From Lama glama (taxonomy: Eukaryota), in contig CM052817.1 of NCBI GenBank assembly GCA_028534125.1, forward strand, positions 39,620,001 through 39,684,000: DNA of 64,000 bases. Reading direction: 5' to 3'. Within the stretch, counting starts at the first letter, position 1, and every line of letters begins with the position of its first letter. This document shows, one piece after another, positions 26,318-40,368 of the stretch. The position numbers and the translations under genes were made by a program. A model generated the notes under the pieces. That model saw nothing but the letters and a program-made list of their open reading frames with translations. It was not told where the DNA came from and made no database searches.

Positions 26318-26489
26318 CAGTGGTTCTCAAAAGGTAACACTCCCAACCCCAGATCAGCAGCATCAGCAGCATCTGGGAACTTGTTAGATATGCAAAACCT
26401 TGGCTCCTTTCCAGACCTACTAAATCAGAAATTCTGAAGGTGGAGCCCAGCAAGTGATTCTGATGCCTACCCAAGTGTGACAGCCACTG
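26318..26489. mobile_element. MER5A-like hAT MITE
   Basis: TIRs cagtggttctcaaa / gtgacagccactg; ccagacctactaaatcagaaattctg core. Confidence 0.88.
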
Positions 26490-27631
26490 CACCATTAGGT
26501 GTCCCATGGCAGTGAGGGGAAAGACAGAAGAGAGGGGGATGGGAGGAGAATGATGGGTATAAACTGGCCGATCTCTGGTAAGAACACGGTACCATAACAT
26601 CCTCTATTAGGCGATCATGTCTGCAGCTGCAGGGACATATGTGAGAATGGATATGCCAAGAATCTGATGGCCAAGTTGGTGAGAAAGCAAATCTCCAGTA
26701 CTGAAAATAACTTCTTCCTACATGATACCACCGCATCTGCAGTAAAGGGAATTCCAAATACCAGATAAAATAGCCATATCCAGAGTCTTTAGGTCAGCAT
26801 TTCCCAAAGTGTGTGCCTCTGACACTCAGAGCACACATGCACAAAAGCAGCGCGATCCTATAAACCAGAGAACCCTGTCTGCCTGAGCTCCCTCACAAGT
26901 CGATTTAGTGCAGCAAAGGCTCAAGAAGCTTTACACAATTGCCCAAAGGCACCTCTTACTCATGTAAATGCCTGCAGCATCCCACTGCACCGGTGCTCTA
27001 GGGGGAAGTAGTTCACTCAGACATCAGAAGCGGAGACACAAATGTCATTTGGGGAACTTGACATTGCTTTCTCCTCCCCCATCTCAAATGAGGCTGTGGT
27101 TTTGCTGATTCTGGATGGTCCAACAACTAGGAAAGCCCAATATGTTCAAAAATTTTCCCTTAAATTGAGTTCATAGATTACTTGTGAAGTTCTTCTGGAA
27201 TAAAAAGTTCAGAAGCATAGCAAGACTTGAACTTCTCATGTCAAGTGAGACCCTGCCCTGGGCCAGCAGCATGTTAGACGGCAGTCGTCCTCCTGTGAAG
27301 GACCTGGGGTCTGACAGTAACCATGGCAAGACATGCCTCACCTCCTTCTGCCCTGTGTCTTCACCTTTCTTCTAATAAGATTTTGTTTCCTTGGCTAATT
27401 AAAGCAGTATCGGAACTGGTCAATAAAGAGTGTGAAGTCTGTAATTTTTTATTGTGATCCTTATAAATAAAACAAAAAGGAAAAAAGTTAAAGTACAAAA
27501 TGGCCAACCCATAAGGCAGCAGCAGTACACTGTTTTCAGGACCTCTAGCTTTAGACGCTCAGAGCCAAGCAGGACTGGGCAGGTGGAAGAGCAACCAGAG
27601 AGGGCAGTCTGGCTCAGAGACAGCACAGAAG

Positions 27632-27717
27632 GCCTATATCTAGGCCTGTGTTAACTCTGAAGGGTCACTCAGAATACTGCTTCATGAAAGACTCATAATA
27701 TAGGATAAGGGGACACT
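27632..27717 (+). repeat. Dispersed direct repeat, copy 1 (partner 29355-29441)
   Basis: 86 bp; 7 substitutions and 1 indel versus the partner. Confidence 0.92.
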
Positions 27718-28789
27718 CACGGAAGCGTGAGTCTGTAGCTGTGGTGAGATCTTGTCCCCACATCTCCCACACTAGAGGAGCTCACGGTGTTGCTAGATAC
27801 AGCCTCACCCTAAACCTAGCCTCCCTGGAAGAAGCAATCAGAGAGATGGGACAGAATCACAAAGAGTCACAAAGGGTTGGGAGCAGCAATTTGCAGACTT
27901 GGACAAAGACCTTCTCAAAATACCGAACTAAAAGTAACTACCCGAAAAGCAGATGAAGTATCTCCTCATTTCCTCATCCTAGGAGACCAACACCCTTTCT
28001 AGAAAAACATAATTAATGATCTGGGTGTGAAAAGACACTGACTACTTGCCCCCAAACAGCTAATTAACATAACGTCACTAGGTTTCTAAAAATTAGCAGA
28101 CGCAGGCAATTAAAAATAAATGACTGGCCCTGATCTAGCCCAGGTCTAAGCAGGAATCCTAATGTCTGGTTACCTTACTAGAACTTTGACTGAGTCATTT
28201 TCTGTAATTGAATGATCTTCTTAGGCAATATTCACCAATTTACTCTGGGGAAAAAGCATTTCTTCTTGGTGGTAACTGTGATATTTCCAAAGAATGTAAC
28301 ATTGGGATCAACCAGATGGTACATTTTAACCTCTAATGGTTTCCTGTTTGTGTGCTAGAATATTTTATGGCTGCCCTGTAAAATTAATTTCTTATTTTAA
28401 TTTAATTTAAAAAATAGAATGAAAATATACCACTCCCCTATTGGTTTTCAGAGTTATTTAAATGTAACGTAGGTATATCTACCAGTGAGGGTCTCGGCAC
28501 AAAACAGGTGGCATGCTCAAAAGACTTGACTTAAGACTGAAGCTGTGAAAAATTAAAGAAACCCAAAAGTTAAAGAAACGCAGCCTCCAGACGTCAACGA
28601 CCATGGATGCCGTTACCTCCCCCAAGTCTGAAAGGCAAGAGAAGGGAAGAGGGTTTCTAGAGCCTGGAGAAACCCAGGGCCCCGAGACAAGATCAACTGA
28701 CAAGCGTTACATCCATGCTAAAGACAAGTCTCAACCTGGGACCCTCTACTTAGTGTAATCAGAGGATCACACTGTGATCGATATGAATG

Positions 28790-29012
28790 CTATTAACAAT
28801 AATAGCTCATACTAATTACTACGTGGCATCCATTGCGATAAGCATCTGGCTTGCATGTTCTCCTTCAGTCCTCAGAAGAGCCCTGCGAGGCGGATACTCT
28901 ATTTATCCTCCCTTTGCAGAGAGATTAAATAATGCAGCCAGTCACACAGCTGGCAAAGGCTGAAGCCACATGTGAACCAGGCATCTGACTGCAGAAGCCA
29001 CACTGTTAACCA
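28790..29012 (-). mobile_element. MIR SINE
   Basis: aacaataatagctcatac...gtcacacagctggcaaaggc...gaaccaggcatctgact. Confidence 0.7.
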
Positions 29013-29354
29013 CCCAAAAAAGGTTTGTGTAATTAGAGTCATAGACTAATGTAATTCTTACACTGCATCAAAAATCAGGGAATTTGCTCCAGACTCCACT
29101 CTCTGATTTGGTTGGTTTCCTTTAGGCAGAGGGATTTCTTTAATTATGTAAAACCTATCTGAATAACTATTTCCTGATTCATTTCATGAGAAAAATAATA
29201 ATAATAATAATACCTTTGCATCTTGAAACAGCTCAAAGTTTTGTCTTTCAAAGCTGTTTGTTCTTCTGTGCTTATCTTTAGGGATAAGCAGGTAGGTCAG
29301 AGGCAGCCAGCCTGCATTCAGCCCCCAGCTAGGTCTTTCCATCCACTACACCCT

Positions 29355-29441
29355 GCCTATATCCAGGCCTCTGCTAACTCTGACAGGGTCACTCAGAATA
29401 TTGTTTCATGAAAGACTCGTAATACAGGATAAGGGGACACT
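29355..29441 (+). repeat. Dispersed direct repeat, copy 2 (partner 27632-27717)
   Basis: See copy 1. Confidence 0.92.
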
Positions 29442-29634
29442 TTTCTAAGAAAATGCTAGATTTCATCCACTTCTAACTTCTCACCACCCCTAAATCCCAT
29501 CCTCAATGCCATTCCTGTTTTTAAGCAGGGAGATCTGCATATTCCTCTAGCTTGCATTGTTCTTTAGAAACATTATACTCCAGTTTTGGAAAATTAATCA
29601 TCAAATACATTTCATCAAACTATACAGTCCAATA

Positions 29635-30390
29635 CCATTTTTAACTTTTTGTGGATATATTATTTCACACAGAAAAGTGCACAAATCTAGGGTATGCAGC
29701 TAAATTAATTATCAAAAATTAATATACCCTTGAAGCCACTACCCAGGTCAAGAAACTGAAGCCTCCTGTGCTCCCTTCTAATCATTGCCCATCCTGTCTC
29801 CAAAAGTAACCACTCCTCTAACTTCTAACACCATGAATGGAGTTTACCTGTTTTTGGACTTTATATAAATGGAGTCACACAATATGTACTTTTTTATGTC
29901 TAGATTCATCCAGGGATGAATATATGTGAACTTTGCCACATATAGGTAAAGTTCATTTATTTTCATTACTAGATAGTATTTCATTACATGAATATACCAC
30001 AATTTATGTAAATATTCTACTGCTGATAAATATTTGGACTTGTAATACATAACTGACAAAGGCTTGCATATGAAAGATGTAGAGTATGTTATGTAACAAA
30101 AATACCATTAACCCAATAGAAAACGGTCTTAAGAGACACTTTTTCAAAATGAAGATACTCAAATAACCAAAAAATGCGAAAAGGTTCTCAGTCTCATTAA
30201 TCATCCAGGAACTGTAAATTTAAGCCACCACTCATCTACTAGAAAGGCTAAAATGAAAAGACTGACTAGATCAAGTGTTGATAAAGGCACCAAAAAACAC
30301 AAAGCTCCTGTACAATCTTGGTGTATAATTGGTACAATCACTTAGGAAGGCAGTCTGGCATTCTCTTCTAAAATTGAACATATTTCATTT
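29635..30390. mobile_element. Old L1 fragments (3' UTR on minus to ~30040, ORF2 end on plus after it)
   Basis: acagaaaagtgcacaaatc...tagtatttcattacatgaatataccacaatt; then acccaatagaaaacgg...aaggttctcagtctcattaatcatc. Confidence 0.7.
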
Positions 30391-33300
30391 TTGACTATAA
30401 ACTCATTTATGTTTTGAAATGCATTTTTAAAATGCATCCTTAGAGAAAGAAGCTAAGCGGTGGTTTACATAAAACTACTTCTAGGGTCTTAACTTCTCAC
30501 AGACTTACTATGTGCCCTAAGAATTATGTAGCAGCTTAGAAAAAAAAAACAAAAACGACTGTTACTTACATAACATTAATGTTTAAAAATACTATCTAAT
30601 TCAATTTCCTTATACTCTGCCAAGACTATACTTCATGTAAAGGATTGCATCCAAACAAATTTTTGACAGCACACTGATAATTTAGACATGAAAGTGGAGA
30701 AGGGTTCTGCAAACTCACTCAGTTAGTGATTAAACAGTGCATTATTCACTAAACACCAACTGTGGGCCAGAGATGGCACCAGGCAACGGAAGTAGGTTGG
30801 CTAAAGCAAAACATTTAAATATTTCTGAGTCTGTCACATTTCAACACTCTATTCACTCTTTCTATTCACTTTAAGTCTTCTCCTCTGAGGCTTTTCCTGT
30901 GATCTCTAGACTAATGATTCCTAAATCTTTTTATTCAGGCATCTTCTCTCAGCACCAGAATTTTGCCTCTGCCCACCTGCTGGTCTTCAGCTCCTCAAGC
31001 TCTTGTAACCCAACACATTTAAGTGTAATTCATCTTCTCCCAAACTGTTTACCCCTGAGGGTGGTTACAGTATCCACATAGCGTTTGAAGCTAGAAATTA
31101 GTCAGTCATCTCACCTCCATCCTCTTCTAGTAGCACCTGCCTGGAATACAAAAGCAGCCACCCAGTTGTCCCTCTGTACCTCCACACAACACAATTCCAG
31201 CAGCACCGTGAGTCCTACCAATGCGAAGTATAATCTATTTGATTTCCCTCTTCAAACCACTTGATGGTTCTTCATCACCTCTAGTACAGAGCATAACCTA
31301 TGTCATCTCAGCTTATACTGTAAAAGCAAAAAATATTCAGAAACTGGTAACAGTGGCTTCTTCTAAAAGGACAATTTGTTGATTGGAGGGAAGGGATAAG
31401 AGAGAGACTTACTTTTCACTGTATACTCTCCCTATAATTTTTTAATTTGGTACCAGAGTCAGATTCTAGTACCAAATTTGAAAAATATCTTTTAATGTAT
31501 GCTATAAGATTCTGCATATTTGCAATCAATGGTCTACAAATCTGGTTCTGAGCATCCAGATAGCCAAAGAAATGAGGGCAACATGATCAGGTTTAAGTGA
31601 CACATCATTTAGATAAAATTAAACCAGCTCCCAAGAAAAAGCCCAGTTTTTCCTGGTTCAAAAACAAAATCAAAAAAGAAATTCCCTGTGGGTCCTCATA
31701 AAAAGAACATTCCACAGGGGAAATCGCCAACAATATTCCCAAATAATTTCAACAGAGATTTTCAGACTGCAGATCCTTAGACCATCCCTCCAGATAAGCC
31801 AAAAGCATAATGCGAAAACACAACTGGCAGAGCAGTTCTCCCGTGGGCTAATTGTCTCATTTTGGTGGTTTCAGGGGCTGCATTCAAACTGGACCTTGTA
31901 ACATGGTCAGTACTTGATAACAATATTTTCCATTAATATTGTATATGAAAGAACTTCACACAAGTCAGAGCTGCCCTAATGAGAGAGTCTGATTCTGAGA
32001 CAATTAGCCTCCCTTCACATCAGGGACGTTGTGGAACAGATCTTTGCCTTGCAAGAAGTTTGGAGGTCATAACTTCTAGGATGCCTTCAAACATTAAGAT
32101 TTTACAAGGTGGTATGACCTTGTATCTTGAAATTACTTCCTTAAAGTTTAAATACATCTCTATGTGTTAGGAGTTATTACTTAAATAAATTTAAGAACTG
32201 GTTTATAGGGCCTCCTTATATTTAGGAAATTCCCTAATAGAATTAGAGGTGTTATTAGCATTGGTTTAAAGGAAGCCTAAAACTAAGTTTGTAACTAGTG
32301 AGACATTTAAGAAGACCCAGGAGCCCTGATACCCACGCCTATCAACTACCTTCCATGCTTAATAAGGTTAAGTAACACTCCAAAAACAAGCAATGCAACG
32401 CTACCTCTTGCCCTAGATTTTCTTCCATCAGACAAGGAGAAAGTATCTAAGCCTGAGTCTGCACAATAAAAACCAGAGGGCCAATTCCTCTTTTAAATAC
32501 ACACATGCACAATTCAAAATGGAAATTTTCCTTTATTTAAAAAAGAAAAAGGAAGGGAGGGGGAATGGGAGGGAGGAGGGAAGGAAGAAGAAAAGGCAGG
32601 AGAGAGGAAAAAAAGGTAGGACAAGAATTCATAGCCCCAGTTTACAAGGGACAAGATGGGGAGGGAGGAGATGAATGTCCTTTCTACCCAAGGTACAGCC
32701 TGGCGCTGGCTTTGCCAAGACTCCCCGCATCTCTGTCGCCACATTCCTTTGGCGCCTGAAAGGTAAGTACCACTCCTTCCAGCCTGTGGCTTAAGGGAAA
32801 CAGGAGAGGGAAAAAGGTTGAGTACCATCTGGCTGGGAGTATATGCAAACTAAATCAAGTGTATTGTTCAAAATTTACAGTGGGTCATCTCTTCTTTTTT
32901 CTTATTTCTTTTCAATATCGAATGAAGGGCTGACCAGCAAGGTCAAACTCCCCTTATTAATGAGGCATTGCTGGGGCTCTGTCTCATTAGGGCACTCAGA
33001 ACTGTGCATTTACTGCAATTTGCAGCACTTAATAGAGAAAGGTCAGAGCGGGTCACGTTCAATTTCCACTTGGCAGAGGGAGGAAAAATGGAAGCAATTC
33101 ATTTGCACAAATTTGAATAATTCTTCTCAGTCTCCTTTTCTTTATCTACGTATGGATAATTCCTGCATCTTACCTCACTCACAATCATTTCAGAACTGCC
33201 AGCAGCCAGATTTCTATGAAGGCTGTAATGGAGCTGACAGATTCTATGAATCCAGGTGTCAAAATAAAGCCGCTGGCTTCATCCCCTGCCCCCCTTCGCA

Positions 33301-35799
33301 CAACAGGGAATAGGAGCTGCCTCTAGTGAGCTCTTAAACTTATCATAAATGTATCAAGATTGCTGTGGGCCATGAAACAGCTGTAGACAATTAATCTTTC
33401 CACAATTCTTCGGCATAAGAATTGCTTTCCCCGCAAAGTAACATCTGCCGTGCCGAGGTGATTATTCACGGCCGAGGGCGCCACCATAGTTTCATGCATA
33501 GAGCCATCAGTGGCAATGAAGCAAAATTTATAGTTTTCCCTGGTTCAGTAAAAATAACATTTCAGCTGCATTAAAACATCATCCATCAGCATTGTCCCAG
33601 AGCCCAGAGCCCCATCTCATCCAAAGAAATTAAAAAGTATTCATTTTAATGCTAACTTCTGAAGCTTGCAATGACATTACTGCCTTTTTTGGAGGGGTTG
33701 GGGGAGGAGGAGTGATGACACGGAGGAAGAGGGGAGGAGAAGGTGATGCAGCACAGCTAAGCTGAGCATTAAGTGTGCTACTAGATAGTAATGATATCCC
33801 AATTACCGGACTGCTGGCTCTTATTTATTCATAACCCCTGAATACTTAATCAAAAATCCTTGAATCAAATTGAACACCTAAAGAGGGAAAGTTATTTCAC
33901 AGAAGCAAGATAATTTCTTGGCTTCAAAGGAAAGATACAAAATGGATACCAAAGCAATAGCTGCTTTTTCCAATATAGTAGGCATTTTATTTCTTTAAAA
34001 TGTTTTAACATTTGTCTGATGAAATAAAATTTACCATGGGGAAAAAGTGGGTATTTGTTTTGAACCTCCCTCAGCATTATGTCAGGCTCAGGGCTTGCTC
34101 TCAAAAGTGAAAGGGCCTCCTGCTGCTTTGGAGCTCTATCTATCAGAAAGTACAAGTTCCAGGGCTGGTTATGGGTATTCGAAAATAATAACACAGAGGG
34201 AGAGAAAGAGGGTAGCTTTGGCGTCATCTGATCTACACAGGCCGTCATACACAGTGCAGGTCTCCAAATACACTAATCTGCAAATAAAATTAAAATGCTA
34301 TGTTGCCCCCACACTCATACCCACTGCATTCCACCAAGCCACCCATATACTACTTATGTTTTTAATTTTTTCAAATAATTAGTTCATGCAGTCAATAATC
34401 AGTTGAGCACTGTGTTCCAAGTTTTGTGCTACATGCCAGGAGTCCACAGACCCCAGTCTTTGAGCAGCTGGCAGTCCAGAGGGAAAGACAGAAAAAAATC
34501 ACTAAAATACAGGTGATAAGTGACATAATAAAAGCACAAATAAGGGGCACAAATAAAGTGCTATCGCATAGAAAATAAAATTGTTCAGCTGGGGAGAGTG
34601 GACGAATAAAGGTGTCAATTCAACACAGTCCAGAGAAATAGAGGGTATTTGAATATCCACCATTCAAAGCATTAGTAAATATCATCTGGCAATTGTGTCT
34701 TCATACCTAAAAGCACTACTGTTCAAGGCCATAAACAAATTGACTTAGAAAGTCACCCAAAAACAAAAACAAAGGAAAAAAAAGCTGAGAGGCAATAAAC
34801 TGGAAGGTCAGATCTTGGCTCCAGGGCTACAGCACTGATCTATCCATGGTGCTGGCTCACAGCGAAGTTTTATAAGGTGCAATGTTCTATGCACGATCTC
34901 TTAAGATCAATGTTTGTCCTTGGCATGTTTTCATCCAAAAGTGAAAGCTAATCATTTTTTACTCATTGGAGATTCTCCTAATTTCACAGTCAATGAAACA
35001 CAGATTTCGCTGCAAGCCAAAAGTTAAATTTTACAAAGATCAAAGGGGAAGTTCAAGTTGCTGTGTCAGTGAGTCTCAAACCACAGGATGAGACACACTG
35101 ATCTGTTGCAGCACAAAAACCTCAACATAGGAGTGACTCCTTGCCTGGCAGGTAGCACTCAGGAGAACACAGACCCCAGGATACATTCACAGTACAGCAA
35201 GTTTCTCCAATATTTTAAAATGAAGCTTTCTCTTTCTGTTTTCCAATTTTTAAATATTAATATTTTTGGAAATTTTGAAAGGAGTCTGTGCCTTTTGGTG
35301 AAAGAACTTTTAAATCTCTTCAATAAGCTTATATTTAGTTAAGTTTAAGGTTATATATAATTAAGGTTTAATATAATTTAAAAAGTTTAATACATACAAA
35401 TATATAAATTGTTACATATTTCTGTACAACATATATACAAATACATAAATTGCTATACATTTATATATACATGTAACTTGAAAATAAATTATATATAACC
35501 ATATATTTAAATATATATAAACAACTTGATATAGATAGCTAGATAGATCTCTGAACATTTATATTCAGTTCTCAACACATAATTTTTCCATGGCACAAGT
35601 CTCTTCAGCCCTTCTTGGATATGTATAAACAGAAATTCTATGAGGGAAAATGATTCTGGAAGGATGTAGGACTTTCAACCAAAAGCTGACAATGCAATAA
35701 AAAAAAACTATCCAGATGAAGAAGAAGTTAGCTGAATAAGGAATGTACACAAATAAACTTAGGTTTAAAACTTCACGTACAAGAAAATGAAAATAAAAA

Positions 35800-36880
35800 A
35801 AGGACACATAACCTAGAAGGAATTTTTCTGATTACACAAAGCTGAAGGAATATTGTTTTGAAAGCTGAAGTCCGGGACTGATCGAGGACTGGGAAAAATT
35901 CTGCAGACAAAATGTGCCTTTCTAAGCTGTAGTTATTGTCTCAAGAACAAAGAGCACATCATGGCTGTGACTGTGTGGAGTCAGAGCTATTCAGTGCCTA
36001 TTTTGTTTCAGTCTCCTCTACCGGACATGACCTTCACTCTGGAGAGGAAGGTGCCAATGTGGCTTAAGAGGAATTAAAGCCCAAGAAAGGTGGAAGCCAG
36101 TAAGGACACAGCCAGCAGTTTTAAATAAATTCAAGTTTCAGGACCCAGAATAATTACATTTCAGAATATTGAAAAGACCACAGTAGTGATTCCACACCCA
36201 TGATCGAAACTTGAAAAATTAAGAGAATAGGAAAAGTTCTAAGAGCCAGATGGGAACAAAAGTCTACATTTTTCCCCCCAAAAATGAAATTGATTCAAGA
36301 ACCATTTTTATATTGAAACTCAGAATAATTTTAGATGATTTGCAAGTATTAGAAAATGAAAATGGGGTTCACCTGAATAAACTGGGACTAGCCTCATTTC
36401 CCCTGGGATTACTAGACTGATAAGCAGGAGGGTGCCAGAGGTTTATTCTATCTTGACTGCATCGGAGCATTTAATAAAATGTTGTAGATCTTTGTATTCA
36501 AGATAGAGAAATATGGGCTGAATGAACTAGAATATGCAGGATCCACAGCTGTTGAACAGAGTTAATTAAGTAACAGAAGGAAGCTGGTGTGTGGAGTGCA
36601 GGGACAGGCATCTGTGTGCAATGTTATCTTCCTGAAGGAAGACCTATCCCTTGAACTGCAGGTGGCTCAGACGGAGAAAAGGGGCTAACACTGTACAAGG
36701 CTGCCTGCCTCACCACCTTTACATAAACTGAAAGCTGGCTCACGGGCAAAAGTAATAAGACAAAATGTATTAGATAAAAATGTGAAGCCCAGCATCTACA
36801 GTCAATGGGTTGCAGCCCACAAACCAACCTCAAGCTAATCAGTGAGTGACCTAACAAAAGAAGTCCCATTAAATGCAGGA
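35800..36880 (+). mobile_element. CR1/L3 LINE fragment (RT region)
   Basis: tatcttgactgcatcggagcatttaataaa (YLDxxxAFxK) and aagatagagaaatatgggctga (KIEKYGL). Confidence 0.6.
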
Positions 36881-36884
36881 GTCA

Positions 36885-39065
36885 TGTAACTATCATTTCA
36901 TATTTAACAAAGTTCCAGTCAATTATATAATGCATTAATAATAAAGAAAAAAATACAAGGAGAGATAAGAGATTGTTATCCAGACTACACAAGTACATAG
37001 CCCAGAAAATCCAAGAGAATCAAACTGTTAGAATTAGTTCTAAAAGCTAATAAAAGTGGTAATACAAGATAAAATTACAGAAATTATATGTTTTCTTTAT
37101 GACTAGAAAGCCACTTTGAAAATATATTTTAAAATCTCATGCATAATTATAAAAAGAGATAAAAAAAAGTATCTATGAAAACAAAAAATAAATTGCAAGT
37201 TTAATATGAAAAATCTAGTAAGATTTTACTGAGTTTTTTAAAAGGTTTGAATAAGTAAAGAGGTATGACATTTCTGTATATTAATGAAATTCTGATTAAA
37301 ATATCAATCAGACGTTTTCTAACTTAAAAAGTCTACATTAATGTGGAAGAATGGAAGAGGGAAATCTCATTTTAAAAATAAGCACCATGAACCAATAGTA
37401 GTCCCATCAAATATTAAAACAAACTGTAAAGTTATAATGAATAAATCAGTATGGTACTGACTTGAGGGTTGTTACATGAATCAATTGAAAATAATAAAGC
37501 TATGACATACAATGAGAACTACTTCATCAATCAGGAACAAAAAATAGCTTTTTAAATAACTAGTGCTGCTGAGAGATGTCAATTGTTTCAGAAAAGGTCT
37601 AGATCAATTCATAGTGTGTCCATAAAGCAATTCCAGACCAATTCAATAGCTAAATGGATCAAATCATCAGAAGTCAGAAAAAAACGAAGTGGTATTTCTT
37701 TAATATCTTTAGGAGGAAAGAATTTCTAGAAGTGAAAGAAATAAAAGAAAGCATAAAGGAAAAGATAGTTGAAATTAAAATGTTTTGTGTTTTTATAATG
37801 CAAAATTAGAAATAATCTGAATGTCAAAAAAAGAAAATTAAAAAGCTAATAAGAACCTGAGAAAAATATTTGGAGTAAATATTACAGACAATAGGTTAAT
37901 GCCTTTGTAAAATAAAAAGTTAACAACAAATTGATAAAAAATAATTTTAAGATCATAGTAAATGAGCAAATAACACTAATAGATGATTCATTTTTTAAGG
38001 AAATAAAATAGAATAACATATTTGAAAAACAAATTTTACTAATAATCAAAAATAAAACTAAAATGCTACACCTTTTTTGCCTGCTACTTTAACAATTACT
38101 TTAAATTAAGAAAGTCTAATGTTTATGAAATTACAGTGAAATGGGTAATTTCAAAGGTGAAAGTGTAAACTGGTGCAGCATTTCTGGAAAGAAAGTTGGT
38201 AATATGAATGAAGAGCCTATTATATGCTCTTACTCTTTGATCCTGTAATTTCACTTTTGGAATAAACATTAACAAAATAATCCAAATTAAGGAGATTAAT
38301 ATTTTAAGTCTTAAAGCATGAAAGTGTTATCTAATAATTTTATATAACATATAAATGTTTAATAAAAGAATATCAAGCATACAATGGAGTGGTAATTACA
38401 ATGAGACTTTATAGGAACTATGAATTATGGATGAATTGTTTCCCCTCCAAAATTTATACATTTAAGCCATAACTCCCAATACATTAGAATGTGACTGTAT
38501 TTGGAGATAGGGCCTATAAAGAGGTGATTAAGGTAAAATGAGGCCATTAGGTTGGGTCCTAATCCAATCTGACTGGTGTCTTTATAAGAGGCAATTAAGA
38601 CACACAAAAAAGGGACACCAGGATGTGTGTGCACAGAGGGACAGACCATGTGAAGTGGTTGAAGGTGGCCTTAAAAAGTCAAAGAGAGAGGCCTCAGAGG
38701 AAACCAGCCCTACCAGTACCTTGATCTTGGACTTCCAGCCTCCAGAGCTGTAAAAAAATACATTTTCATTGTTCAAGCCATCCAGTCTGTGATATTTTGT
38801 TATGGCAGCTCTAGCAAGCTAATACAATATGCTATAATATTAGAAGGAAAAAGAAGAATATACATTTGCACATACATTTGTACATTTGGGTTTCAACTAT
38901 ATTTAAAATTTTTCCTAAATAAAAGACTGAAAGGAAATATATACCATAATGACAAATGGTTGTTGCCTCTAGTGGTAGAATTATGAGTCAATATTTTTAC
39001 TCTTCTTTATACTGTACCTAATTTTCAAATGCTCTATAGTGAGCCTATAGTGCTTCTAAAATCAA
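36885..39065 (+). mobile_element. Very old, A-rich L1M/L1ME-type element (interrupted by an MLT1B)
   Basis: Degenerate L1 ORF2 landmarks (atcagtatggtactg; ggtgaaagtgtaaactggtgcagcatttctggaaag) followed by a 3' UTR. Confidence 0.7.
38422..38826 (+). mobile_element. MaLR solo LTR (MLT1B-like)
   Basis: gaatgtgactgtatttggagatagggcc...ttgatcttggacttccagcctccagagctgt...gctaataca. Confidence 0.88.
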
Positions 39066-39167
39066 GGGGGAAATGATTTTTAAATGAAAGTCAACTGTAT
39101 AAATAAATAAAAGATGATAGGAAAACTCAGACCCAATAGGAAAATCCTTCACAAAAGATATAAGGAT

Positions 39168-39502
39168 TAATGAATCTTAAGGACGTTATGTTAAGTGAAG
39201 CAAGCCAGTCCCCAAAATACAAATATTACATAATTCTGTATGAGATATCTAAAGTAGTCCAACTCATAGAAACAGGAAGTAGAATGGTTACCGGGAGCTG
39301 GGGAAAGGGGGAAATGGGGAGATGGTGTGCAATGCACTTAGAGTTTCAGTTTTGCAAGATGAAGGCATTCTAAAAATCTGTTGTACAAGAATATGAATTT
39401 AATTAACACAACTGAATTTAACACTTTAATTAGTTAAAATGATAAATTTAACTTTATACATTTTTATCACAATTGAAAATTAAAATAAATTTTAAAATAA
39501 AA
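39168..39502 (+). mobile_element. L1MB-type 3' UTR
   Basis: atgaatcttaaggacgttatgttaagtgaagcaagccagtc...agtttcagttttgcaagatgaa. Confidence 0.8.
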
Positions 39503-39942
39503 GACACAAGAATTAGAGTTGACTAAAATTCAATGAGTCAACACTTTGACCTTATCATGAGAAAGTTGATATTCTGTTTTTGGTATTTTTATCAAAGGGA
39601 TCAATGCACATGGTTACAATGCCAAATAGAACATAAGGGCTTGTGATTAAAAGCTGCCTCCCCTATTCCATTCTAGTTTTGATTGTGCTTCCTGTTCTCT
39701 TCGTTATCATAGAGTTTATATGCCTTTTATCCTCTTGCTTTCATGGGAGCTACAGAAGGAGAGAAAAGAAATGAGCATGTACAATCTACTGTCTTGAATT
39801 AGTAGTCCAATTCCATCTTAAGCTGTGCTCAAAAGTGTAATATCCAAATAAGGAGATAGTGGTATTACTCTTAAGAGAATGCCTTTTAATGCTAGATCAG
39901 ATTTCGAGTTTTAGTTCTTGCATTCTAATAGATATATAAAGT

Positions 39943-40368
39943 AGAAGTAAGCCAGAAAGAGAAAGAAAAATACCATATAATATCACTCATATGTGGAATC
40001 TAAAAAAAAAGAAAAAGAAAAAGACAAATGAACTTATATATAAAACAGAAACAGATTCACAGACATAGAACACAGACTTGTGATTGCCAGGGAGAAGGGG
40101 GTGGGAAGGGATAAACTAGGAGTTCGAGATTTGCAGATACTGACTGATATGTATAAAATAAACAAGTTTATACTGTATAGCACAGGGAAATATATTCAAT
40201 ATCTTGTAGTAGCTTATGGTGAAAAGAATATGAAAATGAATATATGCATATTCAGGTATGACTAAAGAACTGTGCTATACGCCAGAAATTGACACAACAT
40301 TGTAAACTGACTATACCTCAATTTTAAAAAATAGAAAGAAATCCAAAAAAAAAAAACAGAAAAAAAAA
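39943..40368 (+). mobile_element. 5'-truncated LINE-1 3' UTR, same subfamily as 18612-19205
   Basis: Shares gaagtaagccagaaagagaaagaaaaataccat...ccagaaattgacaca; long A tail. Confidence 0.9.

Noticed and set aside
32843..33313. 156-aa plus-strand ORF
   Set aside because: No recognisable homology or exon structure; the region reads better as regulatory
33314..33330. CTCF-like gctgcctctagtgag
   Set aside because: One base short in the core spacing relative to the consensus
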